Positions 13,701-25,752 of a stretch of DNA of 64,000 bases are shown here, piece after piece. The position numbers and the translations under genes are program-made. Source of the stretch: Eutreptiella sp. 'Long Island Sound 2002' (taxonomy: Eukaryota > Protista > Euglenida); contig OZ038378.1 in assembly GCA_964036045.1 (NCBI GenBank), positions 190,526,001 through 190,590,000 of the forward strand, in the 5' to 3' direction. The notes under the pieces were generated by a model. That model worked only from the letters and a program-made list of their open reading frames with translations, did no database searches and was not told where the DNA came from. Each line of letters begins with the position of its first letter. The stretch's first letter is position 1.

Positions 13701-14490
13701 CACCGAGATTGCCAACCCCCCCCCCCCCCCTTTCATCTACAACAAGCAAAATCTAGGCGATGAGGCAATATGCCTCCCTCCTCTTTCCCGCGCCATGCTT
13801 TATCGGGCTCCTCATGGACTTGAATGTCCCCAAGACCAGCTTCCAGCACATGTCGGAGTTTATGACCCGCCGGGGGGCCGCCTACTCGGCCGCAACGGGT
13901 GTCCATTCCCCCGGACCATCCCCACTTGGGACGATTTCATGGACACATGGAAGGAGATGGCCAAGCCCCTTGAGTTGGGGCCGCTTGTGTCCGTTGCTGA
14001 CCCCCCTATGAGTGGCTGCTCTTGGCCGCTACAATCTTGCGCCCGCTACGTCCAATCGTGCCCCTCGCTTGGGTCGCCATCAATTGGAAGAGGCCCATAA
14101 CCTTCATTTTGCAAGGGAATGCCTACCCGTGTGCTAGTGGTAGTTGGACCCAACTCTTTGGGCCAAAATTTTGAAAAATTGCTTGTAATCTAGGCCTCTA
14201 GGGAACGGTTTGGCCGCAACAGGCTTCAGATGATAGTGTAGATGGGCAACAAATGGTGTTCATAGAGCGCCCTGTCTTCCCCTATCTAGTGCCTTGCAAG
14301 ATGAAAATATATGAGATGGCCCCTTGGGAGCAACCACCACCCTAGTGTGGGGGTACCATTGATGGTGCCATACCTCTTTCTGAGAGGTGGTCATGTCTCA
14401 AGACTGCAACAATTCCCCCATGCCGGAACCAGACAAGGGCATGGCTTGTCATGGCTCTTTGGAACAGTGGAATGCTGAGGTTAAATTCTC
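10750..14490 (+). mobile_element. Degenerate YR retrotransposon (gag, YR remnant, RT remnant), cut off at its 3' side by the 1.13-kb repeat
   Basis: gag-like ORF, then frameshifted RPYS(L)RI recombinase-box-like motif at 13119-13140, then stop-riddled RT-like sequence (MGNKW at ~14250); ends not defined. Confidence 0.45.
11147..12277 (+). CDS. gag-like ORF1 of a tyrosine-recombinase (DIRS/TATE-like) retroelement
   Basis: ORF track 10850-12277, likely start MSQFKHA at 11147; K/S-rich linker and C-terminal CxxC...HW...C motif (CRFCKAHHWFWDGPAYGC) resembling that of the gag at 62788-63492. Confidence 0.55.
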   Translation: MSQFKHATAASTDVDWSWERLISEQHDILDVAWSALVAQPKLAMKIPAKHRATVLLAGSATWTSCNRVNTTSLARIFFDQLGVTMVNSSFSYYRDALLFGMVLNWGLEVQSLDLTTEQLAAAFALAQRLAVRPPPSATQTPMATDGGQEYTEAGEQTPDPSQKVRYDALTIKNAKTIRKRTGTTRWTQKLAKALEHYLKAQRELPEEEYTPGQPALEMQLQIGEELAAHVWSIILDCDDPGKKALKSADKHKKKKEKLKREHHKKGKGRSRGSRKHLSDSSGSEEDSSTSSSDSSSSSLSGETPRKGASRSAGASSSWSPAKPTMVIIDGKEHFRGKTSNNLIDCSRPPQTKCRFCKAHHWFWDGPAYGCPGPKSK

Positions 14491-14499
14491 GCAAGTAAC

Positions 14500-15300
14500 A
14501 ACCTCAAAACGGTCCAAAAACATTCGTTTTAGTGTCGCACATGGTCTAGGATCATTTTTGAGAAAAGTCATCTTTTTGCCCCTAGTGGACCCTGTTGACC
14601 CATTTGGGCACCCACCTGTTTGCGCTGAGCTTGCAGCTTGCCGCAGCCTAGTGGGCCTAGGTATTGGGGTCTAGGCGTCCGTTTGGGCAATTCTGAGGGG
14701 TGGAAACCACCAAAAGTGGGGGGTTGCGGATGGAGTAGGTGCCCTTGGAATCGCATTTTGAGCCATGTAGCCAAAGATATGGCCTATTCTTGGTTTGTGG
14801 CTGTCGGCATTTGGAGCTTCTGGGGGCCTTTTTGGGCCGTTTCCGGGACATATCATGGCGTTAGAGGGCCGCAAAGAGCTCGTTGACACGGGGAAGTCAA
14901 GCCGCACGTGAAGTGTACCCACCGTTTCCCTTCGTTTGGCCGTTTTGAATGTGTTCTAGGGCTTTTTTGGCCCCAAAAATGGCTGTTTTTGGCCCTAAAC
15001 TGCAGTTTTTGAAACTGAGGTCCGCCACTTGCGAATCCCGTTCTTGGCCGCCACTGTTGAGTTTTGTTGCTCAAACTTTGTGTGATTGTACTTCACACCC
15101 ATAGGTATCATGCACCAAAATTTCAACCAAATCCAAAGCGCCACGACGGAGTTCTGATTTTTACCCATTTCGCGCGTGCTGCTGCTTGCTGCTGCTTGCT
15201 GCTGCTAAACCTGGTAGGTCCACCCTAGACACTAAAAAGGGTTATAAAACCAAGACTGGTTCCACCAGCTCGGTGACCCTAGCCCTAACCCTAATCAAGA
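14500..15300 (+). repeat. ~1.13-kb tandem repeat, 5'-truncated unit 0, ending in a CCCTAG/CCCTAA tract
   Basis: Near-identical to 23785-24594 and 24955-25717; ends ccaccagctcggtga-ccctagccctaaccctaa. Confidence 0.9.
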
Positions 15301-16851
15301 GAGGAAGGTGAACGCCAACATCAAAGGCGGCAGCAGCCGCAACAGCACACCCACATCCACGTCCACGTCCACCAGCCCCAACAGCGGCACCCAGATCGGT
15401 CGAAACGCCGCAGTGCACACCGAGAACGATGCAGGATTCAAGGCGAGACCAGACGGATGGAAAGCGCGCTGCGAGAGCTCGATGCCCAACAGGCAACTGA
15501 AGTCCAAGCAGCCCGGGAGGAGCAGCAGTCGGCCGCGCAGTACTCTGACAGGGCCCCTCTGATCCCGTTCCAGGCCAACCTGCCGAGACAAAGGCCACGG
15601 ACACCCAGCTACGAGCAGGTGATGGCCCGCCCACCTCTACCGAGCTATGATGAGGTAGTGGGGATGACAGCAGACGAGGAAGAAGCAGAGCATGGCCCAA
15701 GCAGATCTGGACTTGCCAACCCGTACTCCCTGCAGCAGCTGAGGGACATCTCGGCAGCGGTGCAGATGCAACCGGAACGGCCCACGGTGATCACCGACGT
15801 CCTGTACAAAACAGGCTCATACATAGCCTTGGCGCTGGAGCCCCATCTTGCGCTGCGTCATCGCGATGATTGGGTCAGAGACTGGGCCACGGATGTCGGA
15901 CACCAGCTGGGACCCGACCACGCGCCAGAGCCCGACACGGTCAAGCAAGGGACCCATGCGGCGCCACGGAACTGGAGGCTGCGGCTGCGGGGAAGGAAAC
16001 CCCAGGGACTTACTTTCGGCATCAGCTCCAACGCCAAATATGGAGTGTCCCAGTACGCATGGGCCTCGGGCGCGGAATGGCTGATCAGCCGCATCCAAGC
16101 CCAAACAACAGCAGTGAGGCCGCCGTCACCGCCACCGGAGGACAAAGATGCCCAGCCGCCGGCATACGCTCCACGCCGAGAGTTTGTGGACCAGGTATGT
16201 GCAGACCTTGCTTGGCAGGTGCCTGAACGTGCGGTCCTCTCAGCAAGCGCTAATATATATACATGCAGATACAGTGCCCCCCTGCTCACACAAACTTGCC
16301 TTCTCACTTCCAGTGGCTCGACCCGGAATGGAAGCTGCAGCGAGGCTACCGAGACGGCAGATGACCGCGACCTGAAAATCCGTCAAGGCGCACCATCACT
16401 GCGGCCCATGCACACTTTCAACCCTGCCAGTGACGAGCAGGCCAGCACAGCTAAGACGGAGAGCTCCGCTAACCACCCAGCTAAGCCGTGCGCGAGATGG
16501 GAACGCCCGCCGCGTCACAGTGCCGAGAGACGGTCTGTGATGGCGAGAGCCGCCAGACTACTATGGACGAGTCGGGTAAGCCCGCCGTCCTCAGCAGCGG
16601 TGCCTGAAGCACACCGCAATGCCAGTATTCACTGTCACTGTTACCTCAGAGCTTCTCTTCGTGACCCCTCCAGCCTGCCTAACCGCCTCGCCTGCCCTGT
16701 TCCTTTTCGCCCCATGCTCCTGCTCCTGGACCAGTCAGATCAGAATCCCACCCCAACGCAGTCGGCCCACAACTTGGCACAGCTGGTGCCGGGCCGCGCT
16801 GCATGTGCGCGCACACACACGCGCACACACGCATCCACACTGGAAGCGTGA
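15301..16851 (+). CDS. ORF1 of telomere-motif LINE (5'-truncated, no recognised domain)
   Basis: Frame open from 15301 through ATG 15457 to TGA 16851; the stop overlaps the 2A-coding region of ORF2. Confidence 0.65.
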   Translation, partial: EEGERQHQRRQQPQQHTHIHVHVHQPQQRHPDRSKRRSAHRERCRIQGETRRMESALRELDAQQATEVQAAREEQQSAAQYSDRAPLIPFQANLPRQRPRTPSYEQVMARPPLPSYDEVVGMTADEEEAEHGPSRSGLANPYSLQQLRDISAAVQMQPERPTVITDVLYKTGSYIALALEPHLALRHRDDWVRDWATDVGHQLGPDHAPEPDTVKQGTHAAPRNWRLRLRGRKPQGLTFGISSNAKYGVSQYAWASGAEWLISRIQAQTTAVRPPSPPPEDKDAQPPAYAPRREFVDQVCADLAWQVPERAVLSASANIYTCRYSAPLLTQTCLLTSSGSTRNGSCSEATETADDRDLKIRQGAPSLRPMHTFNPASDEQASTAKTESSANHPAKPCARWERPPRHSAERRSVMARAARLLWTSRVSPPSSAAVPEAHRNASIHCHCYLRASLRDPSSLPNRLACPVPFRPMLLLLDQSDQNPTPTQSAHNLAQLVPGRAACARTHTRTHASTLEA

Positions 16852-19800
16852 CCAGATCCTACGCTGTGGTGACGTGCACCCCAACCCAGGACCCACCTCT
16901 CTGGCACTCATCAACGTGACGGCCTTGCGAGCACACCACCATGAAGTGCTGGATTTGCAAGAGGACATCGTAGCACTCACGGAAACACGGCTCACGCAAG
17001 GGGCCCAGAATGCAATGGCCTTCATGGCAAGGCAGAAGGGGTGGCAACCCTTTTGGGGAGCCCCCCTACTATCCAAGACAGGTGGCATTTGGGGAGCTGC
17101 CCCAGGAGGGGCGGCCCTTCTGGTACGGGGAAAGTGGCCGGCAAAGCAAGCTCAGCGGGACCCGGGATGCACACTAAGTGAGGAACTGTGGAATTCAGGC
17201 AAGTGGCTGCACGTCATCGTGACCCCAGCGGATGGTAAACGCCCCCTAAACGTGATTGTGGTGTATGGGATCCCAGGAGACCACAAGCTAAATGGCAAGC
17301 TATGGGAGGCAGTGCTGACCCAAGTTGCCAAGCCGGGGAACTCCCCCTTTCTGATAGCCACGGATGCCAATGTCCAACTAGATCACTACCGCTGCATGCC
17401 CAACCTCATGATGACGGAGCTGCTGTCGGGGCGCATTGTGGATGTCGACCTCCTACATGCACGTACCACGGGACAGGACTGCCAGTGCTCGTACCACAAT
17501 GGCTCCATCAAACAGAAACCAACCAGAATTGATGGTATTTTGGCAGATGCCAAGACGGCCAGTGCCATCATGAAAGTCTTACCAACCGAAAGATGTCCCG
17601 TGCCTGGACACAAGCCGGTCACCTTCACCTTCAATTTCAAGCAGTCTGCCCAGCGGGTTCTGAAGTTTGTGCGGCTACCACCCATGATACCAGCCCACCT
17701 GCAGAAACGCAAGCAAGACCAAATAGTGAAAGACGTCACCGAACCATACGTGGCGATATGGGAGAAAGTCATAGACAATGAGGCGTCCACGGCAGATCAA
17801 CTGTGGGACCTCTGGACATGGCTGGCTGAAGAAACCATGCTGGTCCTGACCATGGCACCGCCGCTAGCGGTCAGGACAGGAATATGCCAACTACCACTGG
17901 CTCCCCAAGAGTTGCCGAGAGGACGGGGAACCAAGAAGATGCTCAAGACAGTGGAGCTCACGCCGAAGCGCATGACGTCGTCAGGACTCCCGTGCACTGC
18001 ACCAACTAAGGAGATGTTCGCCCTGCTGAGCGCCCTAGTGCCGGTGATGAAGTGGGCGGCAAGCAGGGAACAAGCCGTGGTCCCTGTTATGGGCCCCGTA
18101 CCGCGAGAGGTCCTCAACAACTGGAAGGCGATACGCAGGAGGGCCCACCGCATTCTTCAGCTCATCTCCAAAGGGCAATGTGTAGCAGAGCACCAAGAAC
18201 TACTGCGCACGGTGATGGAGGCTCCAGAAAGTGCACCCATGACCATTACCGACTTGGTCCGACTCAGTGATAAGATTAAAATGCTGAGTAGGCGGCAACT
18301 GGCTCACGAAGAGAAGAAGAGGCACCAAGATTGGAGAGAATGGATTGAGGAGACCTGGACCACATAACCTGGGAAGGTGTACCAATGGATCAAAGAGGAC
18401 AAGTACACGCCCACTGTCCTGATCCAGAAAGAGGACGGCACCTTGACTGGCAATGTGCCCGAAATGGACCTCGTGATACACCAGAAATGGGACCCGATAA
18501 TGAGGCAGCACGTGGATCCGACACTGCCGGAGCCGGAAACTGAACCCTTCTGGCGCAGGTTCGGCAAATATGTGGAGCATCACCAGATGGAATGTCAGCC
18601 CATCACCGCGGAGCGCCTCTGCCGTCAGTTCAAGGACATGAAACGCGGCCGGGCCACAGGTCTAGACGGATGGACTGTCGTAGACATGCGGAACATGCCA
18701 TGGCCGCTACTGCACATGCTGGCTCAGCTGTTAAACTGGGTTGAATCCCATGGCGTATGGCCTGAGCAACTTGCCACAGGGTACATTCCGCTGATCCCCA
18801 AAGGCGAGGGCAGTGAGCCGCTACAGCTCCGGCCGCTGTCGGTGCTGTCTGCAATTTATGGCGCCTGGTCCGGTATCCGACTCCGTGACTGCCTCATCTG
18901 GCAGGAGAAGTGGGTGCACCGAAATGCATTTGCCTTCAGGCCGCAGAAGAGCGCCCTGAAAGCAGCAACTCTGCTGGCCGCCCTCATTGAGCGAGCACAC
19001 CTACTGAAGCAGACATTATCTGGCGCTGGCACTGACTATGTGAAGTGTTTTGATTTGATACCACAACAAATCTCCTTCCGGATGGCACGAGAGTTCGGCC
19101 TGGACCCCAAACCGCAGGCGGCATTGGAGGCCATGTATCAACAACTACACAGGGCGTTCAAAATAAACGGGGCGCTGGGCTCCTTCTTTCACGCCACGAA
19201 CGGCGTACTGCAAGGGTGCGCCATGAGCGTACTCATGATCAACATGCTCACCACAGTCTGGATGCGTGCCGTGGACGAGCTGGAAGGAGCTATCTCAGTG
19301 ACGGTACACAGCCTGCCGCCCATACCGCCCAAGCTGGAAGAGCCCAAGGAGCTGAGATACAGACGTAAACCCTCCCCGTCCACCGCAGTGTCCCGCTTTC
19401 GGCCACCACCGGCCCCGAGCAGGTGCGTTATGAAGACCTTCGGCTCGGGGATTGACCAATTTGAATATTGGGAACACTCCAACCCCTGTACATGTGGCCA
19501 TGGACCTCCACCTCCACCTCAGCAATCGCAGCCGCCACACCCCTCCTCCGCACCTGAGCCCGCACGCGATGGGCTGGTGGAAGAAGAAATGGCAGCATCG
19601 GGGGAGTCCCCACCCCACAGCCCAGCGAAGCTCAGGGGTGCTCAACCCCAGCCACAAGAGGCGGGCACGATCCAGGTCGGGTCCATGGGCTGTGCACATG
19701 ACACGTATCCGCTGCGATCTGAGGGCCAATACATGGCGCCGGTGATGCAGCTCACTGATGAGTGGCTGGCTCTCACCCTGCAAAAAGTGAACCCCAAGAA

Positions 19801-22800
19801 GTCACTGTCCATACAAGTACGACAATCCAAGGAAATTTCCCGCAAACACACGGTACTCCAAGGGATCTCACTCCCCCTCCAAGCTGAATTCCGCTCGCTG
19901 GGGGTGGGTATTCGTACCAGCCTGACCAGGGGGACTGGCCCGCTCCTGAAAAAGAGGACATCCAAGGGGATACACCTGCTGTCCAGAGTGAGGGGTGCAC
20001 AAGGGGGCTTCAGCCGGCGAACGCACATCATTGCCACCCTGGTACAAGCCGCAGCCCTATGGGGGACCCCGGGGGCGGAGGTATCCCGGAGGGATTTACA
20101 GAGTCTGGAGACGGCAGTGCTCCACAGTTTGTGGGGCACCTCGAGGCCAGGTAGGGCGAAGGAGATCATCTTCGTGCTGCTAGTACAGGGACACCGGGTG
20201 TCTCCTCACATGAAAACCACGTATGACAGGGTATGTTGGCTCCTCGCGGTGGCGCGCACGCCAGGCACCCTTCAGGTTGTGGTGCAGTCGTGCATTGAAG
20301 CTCGGCAAGCGCAGGTACGACCCACTACGTCAGGACCGGTTCAACGAGCCCTCCTGGAGTTGGAGAGCCTTGGCTGGAGGCAGGCGGATCATTGGTGGGT
20401 CTGGAATGTGCCCGGGGTGCCCGAAGAAATAGACATGACACTCATAAACGAGGACAAATTCAAGCATATCCTGCGGGACTCCATCAGGCGGCGGGCCCTG
20501 CTCTCGCTGGAAGATCGTCGACCGCGACAATTTCAAGGCATCTTAGGGGCCCTCGACAGGGAGGCATGTCAAGTCCTTCTATCAGAGGGCACAGAATTTG
20601 ATAAGGCGCTGCTGCGGGGCTGGCTCACAGGGGCGTTATGGACGGCTGCCAGGGCGCATGCGAGGGGCCTCAGGGCGACACCGCTATGCCCATACTGCTC
20701 GCGGCGACAAGAAGAAGACGACGAACACATCTTGTGGGCCTGCCCAGCCTGGGGCATACATCGATCCGGTGCCTGGCGCTCGCTTATGAGAACGGCGAGG
20801 GCACTGGGGCTATCAGACCAGATCAGTAGTTGGCCCACGTGCTTACGGATCTGTGGCTTGATGCCGGAACACCTGTCGCACGGCATCCCCAAAGGTCAGG
20901 TGCACGACTTCATGTACGGTTTTCATAGTATGGCACTGCAAATTCTGCGGGCGCGGGCACACCGGGAAGATGTGCAGCTCTTTGACCAGCCTAAGACGAA
21001 ACAAGGCAGAGGGTACCCATTCCGGCAGTTCATCGGGCCGCTACCGCGGCCGGAGCACAGGGAGAAGCTGCGGATTCGCCAACCCACAGCTCAAGAGTGG
21101 CGGTGGGACTCCGACTTTCGTGACGATCTGCTACGGTGGGTCAACGAGCTGGTCTGGATACCAGGGAAAGGGCAAGTCTCCTTCATGGAGCTAGCAATGG
21201 ACTTTGAGTGCTTCGCGGCGCGCACCCTGCCGGCCTCACCCCAGGCTGTGTATCGGGCGACTGCCCTCCCGCTACCAGAAAGGGTGAGGGTCCTAAAGCT
21301 TGCCCTAGCGACCTTGCAAAAGCTGAGCGTGGCTGGGGCCGTGCTACCAGGTGGTGTGCTTACCAAATGCTCCTCCCTAGTCCCACTGGGGGCCCCCACA
21401 GTAGTGGGTGTGTCTGCGAGACCATACTTCACACGGCGCCCGGACATGCTGAAACTCCTACAAAACCTGCAAGAGTACTGTCCGCTGCGCTGGACGGCTG
21501 TGCTACAGGCACCGCCCCCCTCAAGGGACACGAGACGGAGAAATGCCCAGCGGGCCAAGGAACGGCGGGAAGCAATGGAGTCCAGCCCCAGCATCAGGGA
21601 GCGCATTCCCAAGCTCAAGTACACATCGTCTCTGCTGCCTGATATGCACACCCCCAGGCATCTCACCGGCAGAGGAGGAGGTAAGAAGAGCGCCACTTTG
21701 TTTGCGGCTGACTACTTTCCAGCACACCGCAACCCGGGAGCTCCCCCCACGCGGCCCTACCGGTTGCTCCGACCTGCCAAGCAGGCGGTCCCGCCTCAAC
21801 CTGATGTAGCTGCAGTGGGCTCGAGTCCACAAGCGGCACTGCCGGCGGGGCGAGCGGCAGCGCCCAGCGATTTGTCTCAGCGCGTAGATGCGCTAACTCC
21901 CCCGGATGCACCTCTAGGATGGGCTCCGCCGTCGCCGTTGCCCCCGGTGCAGATGGAATACACCTCGGAGGAAGGGCCCTCTACCCCGGAGGTCTTCTCC
22001 TCGTCGTCCTCGTGGGAATCTGAGCCCATCAACACCGGGGGAAGCTACCGACGAACGGCAGCGGGGCCCAGATGCGGCCCAGCGCGGTCCTCACCGCCAC
22101 ACGCAGTGCCCCGCACACGCGCTCCCAGGGCCCGATCCGTCCACCGGTCAGGGAACCCGGCGCTGAGGAAGTCACGGCGTAGGGCACCACCTGCGCGGGT
22201 GCCCCGAGGGGTCAAAAGGCGGCAGTCGGTCTCATAACGGCCGGGGAGCCCACGGCGCAAGCGACCCCAGCTACAGCAAGGGGATGCGCGGTCACACACG
22301 GCCCTGGAGGCCCCAGACCGTCACGGGAGCCCAGCCGGAGCCCCCCTCCCCATGTCGAGGCATGCGCTCTCATACCTACAGCTCACAGGAGCTATCACTC
22401 CTGAGCGTGCATCACGCATAGTGGTGGTAAGCACCCCAGAGGGGCAGCGCACCCCACTACCGACACGCAGCTCGGAGCAGCCTCCACACGAAAAGGGGCG
22501 CGACGTCCCCCCGGGGATAGCAAGGATGTTGCAGCAGATCCGGATGCCTCCAGCAAGGCCACAACCACTACAGCCCCGAAGGGAACCACGGCCCAACGCG
22601 CGGACTTCACGCACCGCCGTCCTGCCCACCGGCCCTCCGATGGGGTTCAACGTAACTAGCACCCCGTCTCCGCGGGTGCTGAGCAGGCCAGGGCAATTCT
22701 CGCCATCTCCGGCATGGTCGCCGGCGGTGACTTCCAGTTGGCACTCCGTGCGGCACGTGACCCCGGAGCATTGGTCGCCCGCGTGCACACCAGGGGGGGG

Positions 22801-23302
22801 GTCTAACCGACAGCAAGATTCACCTCACCTGCCCCCTGTCCTGCTGGCGCCCCTATTTGAGAGCACAATGTCTACCCCGCGAAGGGACAGCACTCAGAGT
22901 GCGTCTGATGAGGACGTGCAACAATATGCCGTCCGGTGCTCTACCCCCCCCGATTTGCCCCCCACCCTGCTGGCGCCACTTTTTGAGAGCGTGATGTCTG
23001 CCTCACGAGCGGGCAGCACTCATCGTGAGTGCGATGAGGATATGGGTCAGTACGAAGTCCAGTACTCTACCCCACCCTCCGTGGGGGAGTGGCCCCCTAA
23101 CCCCTTTACCTTTCCCTCTCTTCGCGGAGCACAGCGTCTCTGCACGGAATTGCCTGGCATGGCCCGACAGGGCCAGGGATGGGTTCGTGACCCCCATGCA
23201 CGACACTCCACCATGCTGTACAGCATGCAGGAAGGTGCTCTGTCTTCCAACAGCGCGGAGGGGCTCATGAAGCATGGACGGGCCTCACGTGAGGCAACCT
23301 AA
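16619..23302 (+). pseudogene. ORF2: 2A-like peptide, AP endonuclease, reverse transcriptase, CCHC finger and long C-terminal extension; two in-frame TAA and a mutated catalytic motif
   Basis: ORFs 16619-18367, 18377-22237 and 22352-23302 share one frame. APE motifs INVT, LTETR, TDAN, RIDGI, GHKPV. RT motifs GLDGW, LRPLSV, DYVKCFD, GVLQGC, and CAHD in place of YADD at 19691-19702. CPYC...DEHILWAC finger. Confidence 0.9.
16850..16894 (+). other. 2A-like (StopGo) peptide DQILRCGDVHPNPGP directly upstream of APE
   Basis: DVHPNPGP encoded at 16871-16894; matches D(V/I)ExNPGP except E>H. Confidence 0.75.
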
Positions 23303-23461
23303 AGGACGGAGGGGGGAGCCTCTTGTCATACAGGGCGGCAGCTCTCCAGAAATCCGCGCGACTTGCCCCTTGGCTGAGTCTGGGGGCTGGAATGGGTAGA
23401 AGCCCCATGGACTATTGCTCCTTAATATGATTTCCTTCCCTAGCCCTAACCCTAATCAAGA

Positions 23462-24594
23462 CTGAATATTCGGACCGAGCTGGTGGGGGAGGGAACATTA
23501 GCTATGACTGGTGAGGGACATCAACAATGATTCACACATTGATGGCTCTTGACAAAGTGAAATCAGCTTGCAAGTGAACCTCATCACCACGAGGCCCGCT
23601 TTCAAGGCTTTTTGGACTTCTAAGGGGCCAAAATGCCCCAAAATGGGCTCAAAATGGGCTCATTTCACCCGTTTGTGCCCGTTTGTGCACCCCAAATGGT
23701 ATGGGATGAGGTTTGGAAAAATGTGTTTTTGACCCAATTTGACCCAAAACAGCCCATTTTCAAGGCATTTTGGCCACCACAAGCTCAAAACGGTCCAAAA
23801 ACACTTGTTTTAGCGTCGCACATGGCCTAGGATCATTTTTGAGAAAAGTCATCTTTTTGCCCCTATTGGACCCTGTTGACCCATTTGGGCACCCACCTGT
23901 TTGGGCTTGAGCTTGCAGCTTGCCGCAGCCTAGTGGGCCTAGGTATTGGGGTCTAGGCGTCCGTTTGGGCAATTCTGAGGGGTGGAAACCACAAAAAGTG
24001 GGGGGTTGCGGGTGGAGGAGGTGCCCTCGGAATCGCATTTTGAGCCATGTAGCCAAAGATATGGCCTATTCTTGGTTTGTGGCTGTCGGCATTTGGAGCT
24101 TCTGGGGGCCTTTTTGGGCCGTTTCCGGGACATATCATGGCGTTAGAGGGCCGCAAAGATCACGTTGACACGTGGAAGTCAAGCCGCACGTGAAGTGTAC
24201 CCACCGTTTCCCTTCGTTTGGCCGTTTTGAATGTGTTCTAGGGCTTTTTTGGCCCCAAAAATGGCTGTTTTTGGCCCTAAACTGCAGTTTTTGAAACCGT
24301 GGCCCGCCACTTGCGAATCCCGTTCCTGGCCGCCACTGTTGAGTTTCTCGCTCAACCTTTGTGTGATTGTACTTCACACCCATAGGTATCATGCACCAAA
24401 ATTTCACCCGAATGTGAAGCACCACGACGGAATTCTGATATTTTCCCATTTCGCGCGTGCTGCTGCTTGCTGCTTGCTTGCTGCTTGCTTGCTCGCTGCT
24501 ACTGCAAAACCTGGTAGGTGCACCCTAGACACTAAAAAGGGTTATAAAACCAAGACCGGTTCCACCAGCTCGGTGACCCTAGCCCTAATCAAGA
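23462..24594 (+). repeat. ~1.13-kb tandem repeat unit 1
   Basis: Period from aatcaagactgaatatt at ~23455 to the same at ~24588; contains (GCTGCTT)n and a CCCTAG/CCCTAA end. Confidence 0.92.
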
Positions 24595-25752
24595 CTGAAT
24601 ATTGGGACTGAGCTGGTGGGGGAGGGAACATCAGCTATGACTGGTGAGGGACATCAAGAATGATTCACACATTGATGGCTCTTGACAAAGTGAAATCAGC
24701 TTGCAAGTGAACCCCATCACCATGAGGCCCACTTTCGAGGCTTTTTGGACTTCTAAGGGGCCAAAATGCCCCAAAATGGGCTCAAAATGGGCTCATTTCA
24801 CCCGTTTGTGCACCCCAAATGGTCTGGGATGAGGTTTGGAAAAATGTGTTTTTGACCCATTTTTGACCCATTTTTGGTCCCAAAACAGCCCATTTTCAAG
24901 GCATTTTGGGATTTTCGGAGGACCAAAATGGGCCACCACAACCACAACAAGCAGTCCAAAACACTTGTTTTAGCGTCGCACATGGTCTAGGATCATTTTT
25001 GAGAAAAGTCATCTTTTTGCCCCTATTGGACCCTGTTGACCCATTTGGGCACCCACCTGTTTGGGCTTGAGCTTGCAGCTTGCCGCAGCCTAGTGGGCCT
25101 AGGTATTGGGGTCTAGGCGTCCGTTTGGGCAATTCTGAGGGGTGGAAACCACCAAAAGTGGGGGGTTGCGGATGGAGTAGGTGCCCTTGGAATCGCATTT
25201 TGAGCCATGTAGCCAAAGATATGGCCTATTCTTGGTTTGTGGCTGTCGGCATTTGGAGCTTCTGGGGGCCTTTTTGGGCCGTTTCCGGGACATATCATGG
25301 CGTTAGAGGGCCGCAAAGAGCTCGTTGACACGTGGAAGTCAAGCCGCACGTGAAGTGTACCCACCGTTTCCCTTCGTTTGGCCGTTTTGAATGTGTTCTA
25401 GGGCTTTTTTGGCCCCAAAAATGGCTGTTTTTGGCCCTAAACTGCAGTTTTTGAAACTGAGGTCCGCCACTTGCGAATCCCGTTCCTGGCCGCCACTGTT
25501 GAGTTTCTTGCTCAAACTTTGTGTGATTGTACTTCACACCCATAGGTATCATGCACCAAAATTTCACCCGAATGTGAAGCACCACGACGGAGTTCTGATT
25601 TTTACCCATTTCGCGCGTGCTGCTGCTTGCTGCTGCTTGCTGCTGCTAAACCTGGTAGGTCCACCCTAGACACTAAAAAGGGTTATAAAACCAAGACTGG
25701 TTCCACCAGCTCGGTGACCCTAACCCTAACCCTCGCCCTAACCCCAGCCCTA
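24595..25752 (+). repeat. ~1.13-kb tandem repeat unit 2, ending in degenerate telomere-like tract (CCCTAA)2-CCCTCG-CCCTAA-CCCCAG-CCCTAG
   Basis: Direct sequence comparison with unit 1; tract at 25718-25752. Confidence 0.9.

Larger units (their letters stand above)
15301..23437 (+). mobile_element. Non-LTR retrotransposon (APE-RT, 2A-bearing, ingi/L1Tc-like architecture), 5'-truncated, 24-bp TSD, no poly(A)
   Basis: TSD CCCTAGCCCTAACCCTAATCAAGA at 15277-15300 and 23438-23461; matching unoccupied junction at 24577-24594; ORF1 frame is open from the first base. Confidence 0.92.

Noticed and set aside
19189-22816. Numerous antisense ORFs overlapping LINE ORFs (also e.g. 29892-30566, 32571-33533)
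   Set aside because: Expected shadow ORFs of GC-rich coding strands; no motifs
23462-25717. Hammerhead ribozyme / Penelope pseudo-LTR in the 1.13-kb repeat
   Set aside because: No CTGANGA...GAAA core with flanking stems found by eye on either strand
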